Shown: positions 19,507 through 29,400 of the stretch, piece by piece | Position numbering within the stretch: the stretch's first letter is position 1 | How the letters are laid out: each line of letters begins with the position of its first letter | Source of the DNA: an uncultured Rhabdochlamydiaceae bacterium | Lineage (GTDB): Bacteria > Chlamydiota > Chlamydiia > Chlamydiales > Rhabdochlamydiaceae | DNA length: 64,000 bases | Reading direction: 5' to 3' | Assembly (NCBI GenBank): GCA_963712275.1 | Contig: CAVQHD010000001.1 | Span: 672,001-736,000 of the forward strand | The notes under the pieces: generated by a model | The model's input: only the letters and a program-made list of their open reading frames with translations | Databases searched by the model: none | Told to the model about the DNA's origin: nothing | Program-made: the position numbers and the translations under genes

Positions 19507-19796
19507 AGATTTTCCTGGCCAAATATCTCATAAATATAGCTTGCATGGCCCGAAAAGTCAATCATTTTTGGGCCAGGTATGGAAAAAAAACAGCCTACTT
19601 GGCTCAAATAAAATTTTAACAATGCCTGTTTTAACCAGAGATCTCCGCTTTTGCATCGCTTTCTATCCACGAAACGAACTATCATCGACTTCTCAATATT
19701 CACTCAAAATCTTGTTAAGTAGTTAATTGCTAACAACTTAAATAAACCCATTATTTTTCCAGTGGGTTAAATGGGTTAAAAAGCTTCTCAAAAATG

Positions 19797-19829
19797 ACCA
19801 GTATGTTACTATTAAGGGTACATACTGGT
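19797..19829. promoter_or_regulatory. Inverted repeat, candidate AbiEi operator
   Basis: ACCAGTATGT-N13-ACATACTGGT, ending 5 bp before the abiEi ATG. Confidence 0.5.
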
Positions 19830-19834
19830 AAAAA

Positions 19835-20500
19835 ATGAACAGATCTTTAGGCTCTTTAGGAATAGACCCCGCCGTAGCGATCCTATTAGAAAAATCTTCT
19901 CGAGAGGAATTAGACTATGGCCTTGTCATGGACTGTCTTGCAGGCTACAAAAACCCTCGGAGAAAATTAACCCATCTTTTGAAGATTAAAGCCCTCATTC
20001 GGGTCAAAAAAGGAATTTACGTTTTTGGAAAGTCGTTTGCAAGGCACCCCTATTCATCCGAGGTCTTGGCCAATATGATTTATGGCCCCTCCTACGTTTC
20101 CTTAGAATGGGCATGCCAGTTTTACCGCTTAATTCCTGAAAAAGTGACAACAGTCACAAGTGTTACCTTGCAACGGAGTAGGCAGTTCCAGACTCCCTTG
20201 GGGCTTTTTACCTATGACCACCTTCCTCTTTCCATCTTTTCTGTTGGAGTGACTCTCATGCAATTCTCCGACAACCAACAAGCCCTCATCGCTGTCAGAG
20301 AAAAGGCGCTTTCTGATTTACTTGTTGTGCGCAGAGGAGCTTTTTCTTCGAAAAAACATCTCAGAGAGACCCTTTTTGAAGATTTACGCATTGAAGAAGA
20401 AGACTTAAGGCAGCTCGATCTAAAGACGCTGAATGCAATTTACCAAGCTAGACCTCATAGCGCCATTAAATATCTTATTCAACTTTTGGAGTCGCTATGA
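19835..20500 (+). CDS. Type IV TA antitoxin, AbiEi-like transcriptional regulator
   Basis: LIRVKKGIY, YGPSYVSLE, LIPE.V..VTSVT and EKALSD motifs; overlaps the AbiEii gene. Confidence 0.85.
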   Translation: MNRSLGSLGIDPAVAILLEKSSREELDYGLVMDCLAGYKNPRRKLTHLLKIKALIRVKKGIYVFGKSFARHPYSSEVLANMIYGPSYVSLEWACQFYRLIPEKVTTVTSVTLQRSRQFQTPLGLFTYDHLPLSIFSVGVTLMQFSDNQQALIAVREKALSDLLVVRRGAFSSKKHLRETLFEDLRIEEEDLRQLDLKTLNAIYQARPHSAIKYLIQLLESL

Positions 20501-21348
20501 ATCCCGCTGTCAAATTGATGCTTGCAAAATACCACAGCCATTCGTTGCAAGAGCATGAGCAGGCTCTTCGAGAAATCTTACAAGAGATTGCTCTTGTCGG
20601 GCTCTGGCGCGGAAAATTTTTCGAACATGCCGCTTTTTATGGAGGAACTGCACTGCGTATTTTCTACAACCTCGATCGATTTTCTGAGGATCTCGATTTT
20701 ACGCTTCTCTCGCCCAATCCACATTGGAATTGGCATCCGTTTGCAGAGGTCATTAAACAGGAGCTCTCCTCATTTGGCTTCGATGTCACATTTATAGAAA
20801 AAGAAAAAAAATCTCAAACCGCCATTAAATCCGCCTTCCTCAAAACACCTACCGTCCAGGAACTTTTAAAAATTGGGGTGCATACAAATATTTTAAAAGG
20901 AGTCCATCCTGAAACGCTCATCCGGATCAAAGTAGAAATCGATACCAATCCCACTTTAGCATACCCCTGTGAGCAGAAGTTGTTGTTACAACCGGTTGCT
21001 GTCTCCATTCGGTGTGTCAGTGAAGAGTGCCTCTTTGCTTGCAAAATGCATGCAGCTCTTTTTCGCGCCTGGAAAGGGCGCGTGAAAGGACGAGATTGGT
21101 ATGACTTCATCTGGTTCGTTCGAAGACAAATTGATTTAAACCTAACGTTTTTTTCACAATTGAATGGGCTTAAAAACGTTTTAAGTCGTGATGCTTTTCT
21201 CAAAATGGCTAAAGAGCGTATCGATCAGCTGGATGTAGCAGCAGCAATTGAAGACGCGATTCATTTTGTGCGAGACCAAGAACTCATTCAAAGAACGTGG
21301 TCAAAAGAATTTTTCTTGCAATTGATGCAGCAGATTAAGACGAAATAA
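20497..21348 (+). CDS. Type IV TA toxin, AbiEii/AbiGii nucleotidyltransferase
   Basis: FYGGTALR, RFSEDLDF, KMHAAL and KGRDWYD motifs. Confidence 0.92.
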   Translation: MNPAVKLMLAKYHSHSLQEHEQALREILQEIALVGLWRGKFFEHAAFYGGTALRIFYNLDRFSEDLDFTLLSPNPHWNWHPFAEVIKQELSSFGFDVTFIEKEKKSQTAIKSAFLKTPTVQELLKIGVHTNILKGVHPETLIRIKVEIDTNPTLAYPCEQKLLLQPVAVSIRCVSEECLFACKMHAALFRAWKGRVKGRDWYDFIWFVRRQIDLNLTFFSQLNGLKNVLSRDAFLKMAKERIDQLDVAAAIEDAIHFVRDQELIQRTWSKEFFLQLMQQIKTK

Positions 21349-21973
21349 AGTGAATAAGAAAAGAACGTTGAAGAGAGGCGATGAGGCTGTCAATCCATTT
21401 TTCTTTGCTGGAAAGGGTATCGTTGAGGCGGCAGAGAAACTCTTCGTGAGGTCTATTGTTGCGGTAGGGGGGAGTTTTTGGGGGGTGTTTGAGAAGCTGC
21501 ATATGGTGAGGTAAGTAATTCCAGAGAAATGAGGTGTGAACAAGCCATCGGTCTTTTTTGAGGTAGAGGGCATTGCCGCCGCATTTTTTGTTTTGAAGCG
21601 TGAAATCGTTGTCTTTGAGGATGAGGCCAGGCGTTGCGGGCTCGATGATGGAGGCCACCCATCGAAGGATCGGTTCGGGGTAAGGAAGAAAGGGGTGGAG
21701 GTTTTTCTGGCAAATGAAGGTGACAAAGACGGTTTCTTCATCGACGATGACGGTGCCACCGCCGCTAAATCGCCTGATAAGGGGGATGGTGGGAGGAAGC
21801 TGGTCGAGGTGGACGAGATTGTGCGCCTCTCCTGAAATGCCTAGGACAATAGCGGGAGGCGTTCCTGTGTTGATGAGGCAGTAATTTTCTGTGCGAGTTT
21901 TCAGAAGCTGCTCTTCAAGGAGAAGTTGATCTTGGATGGGAAGATTGTAAAAACGGAGAAGCTGGAATGTCAT
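21335..21973 (-). CDS. lplA: Lipoate-protein ligase A family protein
   Basis: QLLLEE.LL, RRFSGGGTV and KKCGGNA motifs. ATG at 21973 overlaps the upstream stop. Confidence 0.85.
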   Translation of the reverse strand: MTFQLLRFYNLPIQDQLLLEEQLLKTRTENYCLINTGTPPAIVLGISGEAHNLVHLDQLPPTIPLIRRFSGGGTVIVDEETVFVTFICQKNLHPFLPYPEPILRWVASIIEPATPGLILKDNDFTLQNKKCGGNALYLKKDRWLVHTSFLWNYLPHHMQLLKHPPKTPPYRNNRPHEEFLCRLNDTLSSKEKWIDSLIASLQRSFLIHFISS

Positions 21974-22857
21974 AGAGCGATAATGCGATTGCCGGTTTTT
22001 TTTGCCTCGGAGACAGCTTGCGTTGCAACCTTGATCAATTGATCGAATTCTTCGGCGGAAGAGTCTCGCGTTGGATGGTGGGGGTCCCATGTGATGAGGC
22101 CGATGGAAACGGAGAGGGGAAACATCACTTTTTCAACATCTAAACGAATCACCTCAGCAATAAGCTGGGCGGCTCTTTGAGATGTTTTGGGAAGCATGAG
22201 AATGAATTTACCAGGGCTTTGAGGAATTAAAATATCGTGTTTGCGGAGGTTGGACTGAAGGGTAGGAAGGAGCGTTGTTGTGGACGAGAGAGGATCTTTT
22301 TTTAAGGCGTCGAGTTCGATGATGAGGAGCGTAACAGAGGAGCCGCTTTCGCGGGCTTTGGAGATTTCCTTGATGGCTTGGTCGTTTAAAAACTCTCGGT
22401 TGGAAAGGGAGGTGGCTGAAGAGGGTTTTGGGGTTGACCGTTTGGCCACTTCTAAGACGCTTTTCGTCCGCTCAAACGATTGAAAGGCAACGGCGATTCG
22501 TTGCTCGATCTCATCTTCATCCAGAGGTTTATTGATAAAGTCGGTTGCTCCCGCGCGAAGAGAATCTTGCGCGAACTTTTTTTTGAAATTATTGGTGATG
22601 AGAAGGATCGGTTTTTTTCGCTCGCCTAGAGCAGTTCTCAGTTGAGAAATGAGGGTAAGAAGAGGAGACTCTTCAAGCTCTTCTGAGTCTAAGATCACAA
22701 GATCTGGAGAGGTTGCTTGAAGAATTTCAAGGGCAGAGGGGGCATCAGTTCTTTCAATCAACTGAAAAGAGAGCCTTAAGGTATTCCGCAGGAAATTGGC
22801 AGTTGCAGAGTCGCTGGAGACAATCAAAGCAATCGGTAAAAGGGGGTTTGTCTTCAT
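21970..22857 (-). CDS. Response regulator (REC) with a degenerate GGDEF-like domain
   Basis: PDLVILD, PILLIT and GATDFINKP in the receiver. The output domain has SNR, RKHD-x5-SPGKF, VSIG and AK..GNR, consistent with a GGDEF fold. Confidence 0.8.
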   Translation of the reverse strand: MKTNPLLPIALIVSSDSATANFLRNTLRLSFQLIERTDAPSALEILQATSPDLVILDSEELEESPLLTLISQLRTALGERKKPILLITNNFKKKFAQDSLRAGATDFINKPLDEDEIEQRIAVAFQSFERTKSVLEVAKRSTPKPSSATSLSNREFLNDQAIKEISKARESGSSVTLLIIELDALKKDPLSSTTTLLPTLQSNLRKHDILIPQSPGKFILMLPKTSQRAAQLIAEVIRLDVEKVMFPLSVSIGLITWDPHHPTRDSSAEEFDQLIKVATQAVSEAKKTGNRIIAL

Positions 22858-22868
22858 ACTTTTGGAGA

Positions 22869-24698
22869 TTACCGATTTTTATTTCGAAGTGCAACCATCA
22901 AGACTTGAATGTCGGCGGGCGTGATCCCTGCAAGGCGGGAGGCTTGGCCGAGGGTATGGGGCCGCACTTTGGATAACTTTTCACGCGCTTCACGGCTTAA
23001 AGCAGAGACGGAGGCATAGTCAAAAGAAGGGGAAATTTCAGAGTGTTCGATGGTGGAGAGTTTTTCAACTTCTTTTTGCTGCCTGCTAATATAGCCTGCA
23101 TATTTGATCTCTAGTTCAACTTGCGACTCGACTTCATCTCCAATCGAGGAAACAAACTCGGGAAATTCCTCACAGAGGCGGCTATAGGTCCAATCGGATC
23201 GGCACAGCAGCTGGGCAAGCGATGACGATTTTCCTTCATAAGCGATGTGTTTTTTGGAAAGGTGAAGAGTATGGTCTTCGATGCTTTTCTTTTTAGTTAA
23301 AAGCGCCTCATATTGAGTAGAAGAAATTAAGCCCAGTTCATATCCAAGAGAGCGAAGTCTTAAGTCGGCATTATCTTGCCGAAGGAGAAGTCGGTGTTCT
23401 GCCCGGCTTGTGAACATTCGATACGGCTCATCCAGTTCTTTGGTGATCAGCTCATCGATCATCACGCCGATATAAGCGTCAGACCGTTTTAAAAAAAAGG
23501 GAGATTTGCCAAGGACTTGGAGGGCGGCATTGATCCCCGCGATGAGTCCTTGTCCTGCAGCTTCTTCATACCCTGTTGTCCCATTGATTTGACCTGCGAG
23601 AAAAAGTCCTTTGATCTCTTTGGTTTCAAGGGTGGGCAAGAGTTGTCCACTCGTGACATAGTCGTATTCAATGGCATAGGCTGGCCTCATGATTTCGGCA
23701 TTTTGGAGACCTGGAATCGTTTGAATCATGAGAAGCTGGATATCAAAGGGAAGGGAGGTGGAGATTCCATTAATGTAGAGTTCATCTGTTGTGAGCCCTT
23801 CGGGTTCGATGAAAATTTGGTGCCTTTCTTTATCTGCAAATCGAACAAACTTATCTTCGATAGAAGGACAGTACCGAGGGCCGATGCTTCGGATCTTCCC
23901 TGAATACATCGGAGAGAGATGCAGGTGATTTAGGACCGCCGTTTTGGTGGCCTCCGAGGTGTACGTAATATAGCACGGGACTTGGGGAAGCCCTTGATCT
24001 TCAGGAGGATCGAAGGAAAACCGGACGCCCTCATCCCCTTCTTGCCGCTCCATTTGGGTGAAGTCAACGCTGCGGCGATGAAGGCGGGGAGGTGTGCCTG
24101 TTTTGAGCCGTCCTAGTTTGAATCCGAGAGACTCAAGAGAAGCGGAAAGCCCCAGGGACGGTTTGTCGCCTGCTCTCCCTCCGGAAAATGTGGTGGGTCC
24201 AATGTGGAGCATGCCCCGCATAAAGGTTCCAGCAGAGAGAATAACCTGTTTCCCTTGGTAAGCAATTCCCTCTTGTGTTTCAACCCCTTGGATGTAGCCG
24301 TTTTTAACGATCAGTTTTTCAGTGGTTCCTTGCTTGATAAAAAGACCGGGAGTCACTTCAAGCCGTTTTCGCATAGCGGTTTGATAGGCGAGCTTATCGC
24401 TTTGTGCTCGAGGAGACCAGACGGCAGGCCCCTTTGATCGGTTGAGCATCCGGTATTGAATGGCTGTGCTATCGGCAACTTTTCCCATGATGCCTCCAAG
24501 GGCGTCGATTTCGCGAACAAGATGCCCTTTTGCAGTCCCGCCCACAGCAGGGTTGCAGCTCATTTTGCCGATAGTGTCCAGGCTCATCGTCAGGAGCAGT
24601 GTTTGGCATCCCATTTTCGCAGTGGCATGGGCAGCCTCGCACCCCGCATGTCCTGCGCCGACGATAATGACATCAAATTCTTGAGGGTAAGTCCACAT
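22869..24698 (-). CDS. mnmG: tRNA uridine 5-carboxymethylaminomethyl modification enzyme
   Basis: [41 protein letters not shown] and YRMFTSRAE motifs. Confidence 0.98.
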   Translation of the reverse strand: MWTYPQEFDVIIVGAGHAGCEAAHATAKMGCQTLLLTMSLDTIGKMSCNPAVGGTAKGHLVREIDALGGIMGKVADSTAIQYRMLNRSKGPAVWSPRAQSDKLAYQTAMRKRLEVTPGLFIKQGTTEKLIVKNGYIQGVETQEGIAYQGKQVILSAGTFMRGMLHIGPTTFSGGRAGDKPSLGLSASLESLGFKLGRLKTGTPPRLHRRSVDFTQMERQEGDEGVRFSFDPPEDQGLPQVPCYITYTSEATKTAVLNHLHLSPMYSGKIRSIGPRYCPSIEDKFVRFADKERHQIFIEPEGLTTDELYINGISTSLPFDIQLLMIQTIPGLQNAEIMRPAYAIEYDYVTSGQLLPTLETKEIKGLFLAGQINGTTGYEEAAGQGLIAGINAALQVLGKSPFFLKRSDAYIGVMIDELITKELDEPYRMFTSRAEHRLLLRQDNADLRLRSLGYELGLISSTQYEALLTKKKSIEDHTLHLSKKHIAYEGKSSSLAQLLCRSDWTYSRLCEEFPEFVSSIGDEVESQVELEIKYAGYISRQQKEVEKLSTIEHSEISPSFDYASVSALSREAREKLSKVRPHTLGQASRLAGITPADIQVLMVALRNKNR

Positions 24699-24746
24699 GG
24701 GAGAGAATTATAGCGGAAAAGGTGAAAATGGGGTCACTTTAATATT

Positions 24747-26411
24747 TCAAACATAAAAAGCAATTGAACCCACTCCTTCTTTTTGAGTGAATTTAAATTT
24801 TGAAAAATTGAAGTTTGGAATGGTGCCTATGAAGAGATAGCCGTGGGAGGGAATTGTGTTTGACCTAAATTCCTTTATTTGGGCTTTGTTCAATAGCTTT
24901 TCTCTTGTTCCAATAATAAAAATGAATTTCTTATCAACCAAGATGCTAATATCTTCTATTTCAATTCCAGAAATATCAAATAATATCTGTTCGCAAAATA
25001 AGGATTTATCTTCTTTATTCAAGAATGATATTTGTCGTAAAATTTTAAAAACTCCAGAATCAGATGGGAATAAAATGTAAGAATAGTACTGATTAAAAAT
25101 GGCAAGGTTATTGTCCGAAACAGGACTTTGTGTGTCATTGGATGGAGTATAGATAAAGGCATCTTCTCCAAGGGGTATAAGGCCTAATCTTTTGGGAATA
25201 TTTTTTCTGTTTAAAACATGGATAAACATGGGGAAAGAAATTGTATTCCGTTTTTTATTGAATTTAAATACAATATTGTTAATAAATGAGTCTGATGTTT
25301 TAAGTTCTATAGACCGCCTAAATAAAGCGTTGTTTGATTTTCCAATCATGAAGATATATTTGTTGTCGATGAGTGCGACAAGATTTTCTAGGTTTATATT
25401 TCGTATGTTAAGTTCAATGCATGTATAGTCATCTATTCCGCAGTCGTCCACAATTTCAAAAGAAGAGGAGTTTTCATAATAATCTTTAAAAATTGAGAAT
25501 TGATCCTCTGAAAGCGGCATCCAAGTCTTGCAATGAAATTGATAGACCATAGGATCTTTTCCTAGTATCCGAGATCCTAGCTGATAAGTGGTTGTTGAAA
25601 AAGTTTGCAAAGGAGGAATTTCTTCTGGAATTGGAGAAACTTCTGTAGATGAATTAGTTCCGTCAAGAAGGGAAGCCTGGGGTGCCATTGATGCAAAAGT
25701 TTGTTCAGTCGGTAAAGGAGGAATTTCTTCTGGAATTGGAGAAACTTCTGTAGATGAATTAGTTCCGTCAAGAAGGGAAGCCTGGGGTGCCATTGATGCA
25801 AAAGTTTGTTCAGTCGGTAAAGGAGGAACTCCTTCTGAAGTTAAGGGACCTTCTATGGGTTTGGTAGCAAGAGAAGCGTAGGTCATTGAAGAAAAGGCTT
25901 GTTCAAAGCGCATCTTACAGGAAATGTTTGGATGGTGTTGCTGCTTTAGAATTAAATGAACCGGGCAATCGTCAATCAGTAAGTTAAGAATGCTGTTTTC
26001 TTGGGCATTATGAAACAAAGTGGAGGGCATTTTCTCAAAGGCAATGGAAGCAGGTCTTTTGGGTTGTAGAAAAAAGAAGATCGCCTTTAGGACAAATTCA
26101 ATGGTTTTTAATAGAGTAGATGTCTGGGGTTGTACGATTTGAAGAGGGACATAGAAATCTCTTTCTTTGATGGAAATGGATTCGCCCGAGGAGTTTTTTA
26201 TACAGGGCAAGCCATCAGGAGAACGATTAACGTCTATCAATTCTACCTGAGTTGTATCTATGATGTAGGCTTCTACTGCGGTCGAAGGATTAAAAACCCT
26301 GCCTAACATATCAAAAACAGGCGAAAGAAGCTTAAATAGACTTAACTTTGTAGATGGTGCCTCGCAAGCCGCAGTCCAAGTTTTTGCCCAAGGCCAGGAA
26401 ACCTTCATCAT
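24747..26411 (-). CDS. Hypothetical protein with 35-aa tandem repeats and possible C-terminal Hsp20-like domains
   Basis: 554-aa ORF with an exact internal repeat and an AT-rich 3' half. Confidence 0.7.
   Translation of the reverse strand: MMKVSWPWAKTWTAACEAPSTKLSLFKLLSPVFDMLGRVFNPSTAVEAYIIDTTQVELIDVNRSPDGLPCIKNSSGESISIKERDFYVPLQIVQPQTSTLLKTIEFVLKAIFFFLQPKRPASIAFEKMPSTLFHNAQENSILNLLIDDCPVHLILKQQHHPNISCKMRFEQAFSSMTYASLATKPIEGPLTSEGVPPLPTEQTFASMAPQASLLDGTNSSTEVSPIPEEIPPLPTEQTFASMAPQASLLDGTNSSTEVSPIPEEIPPLQTFSTTTYQLGSRILGKDPMVYQFHCKTWMPLSEDQFSIFKDYYENSSSFEIVDDCGIDDYTCIELNIRNINLENLVALIDNKYIFMIGKSNNALFRRSIELKTSDSFINNIVFKFNKKRNTISFPMFIHVLNRKNIPKRLGLIPLGEDAFIYTPSNDTQSPVSDNNLAIFNQYYSYILFPSDSGVFKILRQISFLNKEDKSLFCEQILFDISGIEIEDISILVDKKFIFIIGTREKLLNKAQIKEFRSNTIPSHGYLFIGTIPNFNFSKFKFTQKEGVGSIAFYV
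25609..25828. repeat. Exact 105-bp tandem repeat (2 copies plus 10 bp)
   Basis: AAAGGAGGAA recurs at 25609, 25714 and 25819. The unit encodes PPLPTEQTFASMAPQASLLDGTNSSTEVSPIPEEI. Confidence 0.95.
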
Positions 26412-29400
26412 ATAGAAAGCGAGGGTCTTCGTTTGACCTCAATTAATGTTTTTGCGACTTGTTTTAGCTTTTCATCTTCAATATAGGGCAGCAGAGCTTC
26501 TGGGTGTTCCAACTTAGAGAGATTCTTATCAATCAAATCGACGATCTGCTCTGCAAAAAGAGCTTTGTTCGGAATATGCTCAAGAGCAACCAAAACCTCT
26601 TTTAGAGAAGATGCATTCCAGAGTTCTTTCATGGATAAACATTTTTTTAATACGTCGACTCGGATGGTAAGATCAGGTATTTCCAAAGCAAATGAAATGG
26701 CGGATCTTTCAGGATATCCTATTAGACGGGTCGCTTCTAATAGACGTATCGCTTCTAAGGCTAAAGCGGAAAACAGTCTGGTTTTTCCCGAAGCTCCATA
26801 TTTCTCCATTCTTTGGCAGATTTGGGTGAAAAGCGGCTGTAAAAGATCGGCCGTAGTAAGGGTTAAGGCTGCTATCTTAACTAACGTCGTTTCTTGAATG
26901 GCTGAATTGACGATCCCATCCACCATCTTGAGAATCGCTTCGATTGAAAAAGTCGCATACTCTTCGCCGTAGATTTTTACGCAAGTTCTTGCGGCAATAT
27001 CGAGAAATAGATCTTTTTTAGCAGAAGGCGGGAGAATTGAAAAAAGATCTTCATCATAACGAGAACTGTTTTTTTGACTCAAATCTGCGAGCCAACTCAC
27101 AAATTTTCCTATTTGTTTTTTCTCCAAGTTCTTTTCATTAGGAGCTCTAATAATGATGTCGATGGCTTTTTCACTATTTTCCTCAGCCAAGCAGCGAAAG
27201 GCATCTTTTGTAAAAGCATTCATTTTGAACTTTTTCATCAACAGGACTTCGTAATGATAAAAACTCCAGAAAGAGCTTTTTTCCACAAGCTTTTTAACAG
27301 CACATGGAGTGTTTTGGTCGGAGGGATGAATTCCGAAAAGAATGAAGTAGGTGGTGAAGGGGCCGACATTGATCTTTTCCAACTCTTTGCGAGGAGCTTT
27401 GGAGAGCGCATGGACGGTCTGTTGCAGTTGATCCTTTAAATAAGCTCTTGCCTCAGCCGTTGTTTGAGGGGGTGTTTTCTTTTCCAGCGCTTGAAGAGCT
27501 TGAATTGCTAAAGGATCTCGAAGCTGTTTAATCAAAAGATCAACCAGCTGGAAAAAGCGGCTGGGGACTTGGTGTGCAATTGAATCTTCAGCATACGTCA
27601 CCCATGTTTTTGAAACGGTCTGATCGTAGCCTGCCGGCACATATGAAAAAATGCGATTGAAGGTCTCTGGAGGAAGATTTGGGAGGCCTGACACAAGTTG
27701 CTTATAAAACTTTTGGCAACACAAGACAAGAAGAGGCTTCTCTTTTTGGAAATAGTCGCTCCGAATGATCCATCCTGCTGCATCGCGCAGTTGAAGCGTC
27801 TCTGGGTGATTAGCTAACTCAGGTTTTTCGGTTAGTGCAATCGATTGATTGGCGAATTGCACGCGGATCTCTTCCCACGACTTTCCTTGAAAACTCTTAA
27901 GATCCAATTCTTCGGCAAGCTCTGCTAAGGGGCTTTCTTGGAAGAGTCGGCTCGCAAGGGTTAAAAATTGCTGTCTTTGAGGATAATTTGGCAATCTTGC
28001 AAACGGCTTTTCTCCTGTCTTTGTTGTTTGGTCTCGAATCTTCAGCAGAGCCGACTTCACGGCTTTCGCTTCACGTTCATCTCTTCTTGGCATACGGAGC
28101 AAGAGATTGGCTGCCTTTATAAGATCTCTTGCCAAAAGGGTGTTGAATATCTCCATCACATCCTTATCCGTGGGAGAAAGGTCTTTTTCATGGGACTTCA
28201 TAAACTGGTAGTAGCGGCTTAAAGTCGCTGCTATACCAAGAGCGTGGTGGACCTCGCAATGGCAATCATCTTCCATCGACTTTTTCTTCATCCAGATCTT
28301 CGGATTACCGATATACGAAGATGTGCAGTGTAACTCGATAGAGTTAAGAATGGAAACATCAGCGATCGATAACGTGTGAATAAGGGCTTCCTGTTGTTTC
28401 TTAAGATAGTCTAAAGCTTCGGTAAGATTTTGAGGAGGCGCTTGTGTCAAGGCTTCTGTTTTCATCTGGTTTAATTTATCACAAACGGCCTGAGAATGAA
28501 TCTGAGATGCATCTGAGCAAGCTATGATCTGTCGGAGGAGGTCATCGATAAGGGATGAGAAAGCTTTCGGCGTACATCGTGCAAGGGCTTTTTCAACACT
28601 CTTTTCAGCCTCTGGATATTTCTTAGCAAACTTAAATAAATCGTCATTTGAAAGGTCTTGAAAAATGCTCTGCTGCGTCTCCTCGGAAAGTGTCGAAAAA
28701 TTGGAATTGTTTTGCACCTTTTGCAAACAGGCTTGAAGATGAGACATGAGATAGGGGTAAAATTCACTGAATGAGTTGATAGGCTCTTGAAGCGATTGGA
28801 TCTTCTTTTGCGTTTTTTTTGCAGTCAGAAATTTATCCAATTCGGTCTGTTTTTCATGCTTGCAACATAACTCAACGACACGATCCTTGAGCTGAGCGGC
28901 AGTGAGCTGATTTAATCTCTCAGCTGCTTTGAGGGCATTGTATTTTTGAGCGAGGTGCTGAATGCGATGGGCTATTTTTTTAGAATCAGACCCTAAAGGA
29001 GGGCTGAGGATTTGGAGGAGCCGATCTAAACGAGCCACTTGCTCCAAATCACTTCGATCATTCGAGATTTTTTTGAGTGTTAATGCAGCCGTTTTAAGAG
29101 CTGTTTCAACAAAGTTATTTTTCAAATCTAGAATGGCTCTGTTGATGCGCTTTGGGCTTTTAGATAACGTTCCAATCTGATGAGTCTGTGCTGCAAAATT
29201 TTCAACGGTCTGGTAGTAGGCTTTAATCTTGCTGATTTTTTCTTCTTCAACCTCTTCATCCCAGGTGCTCTGCGTTGCAAAACGAATCACTTTTTGGTTC
29301 AATTTTTTACGATGCTCTTCAGCAATAGGATGAAGTTGATCGTAAAGAGATTGAAGCGCACTCTGATTAGGGTTTAGCCGAGAGATCAATTTGCAAAAAC

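Noticed and set aside
18040..21400. attL/attR duplication of the tRNA-Lys 3' end around the islet
   Set aside because: No second copy of the tRNA 3' end was found by eye, and there is no integrase.
21974..22090. Extended N-terminus of lplA in the ORF track
   Set aside because: It overlaps the response regulator; ATG 21973 gives a normal coupled start.
25609..25828. 105-bp repeat as a CRISPR or ncRNA array
   Set aside because: The units are contiguous and identical with no spacers, and they are in frame within a CDS.
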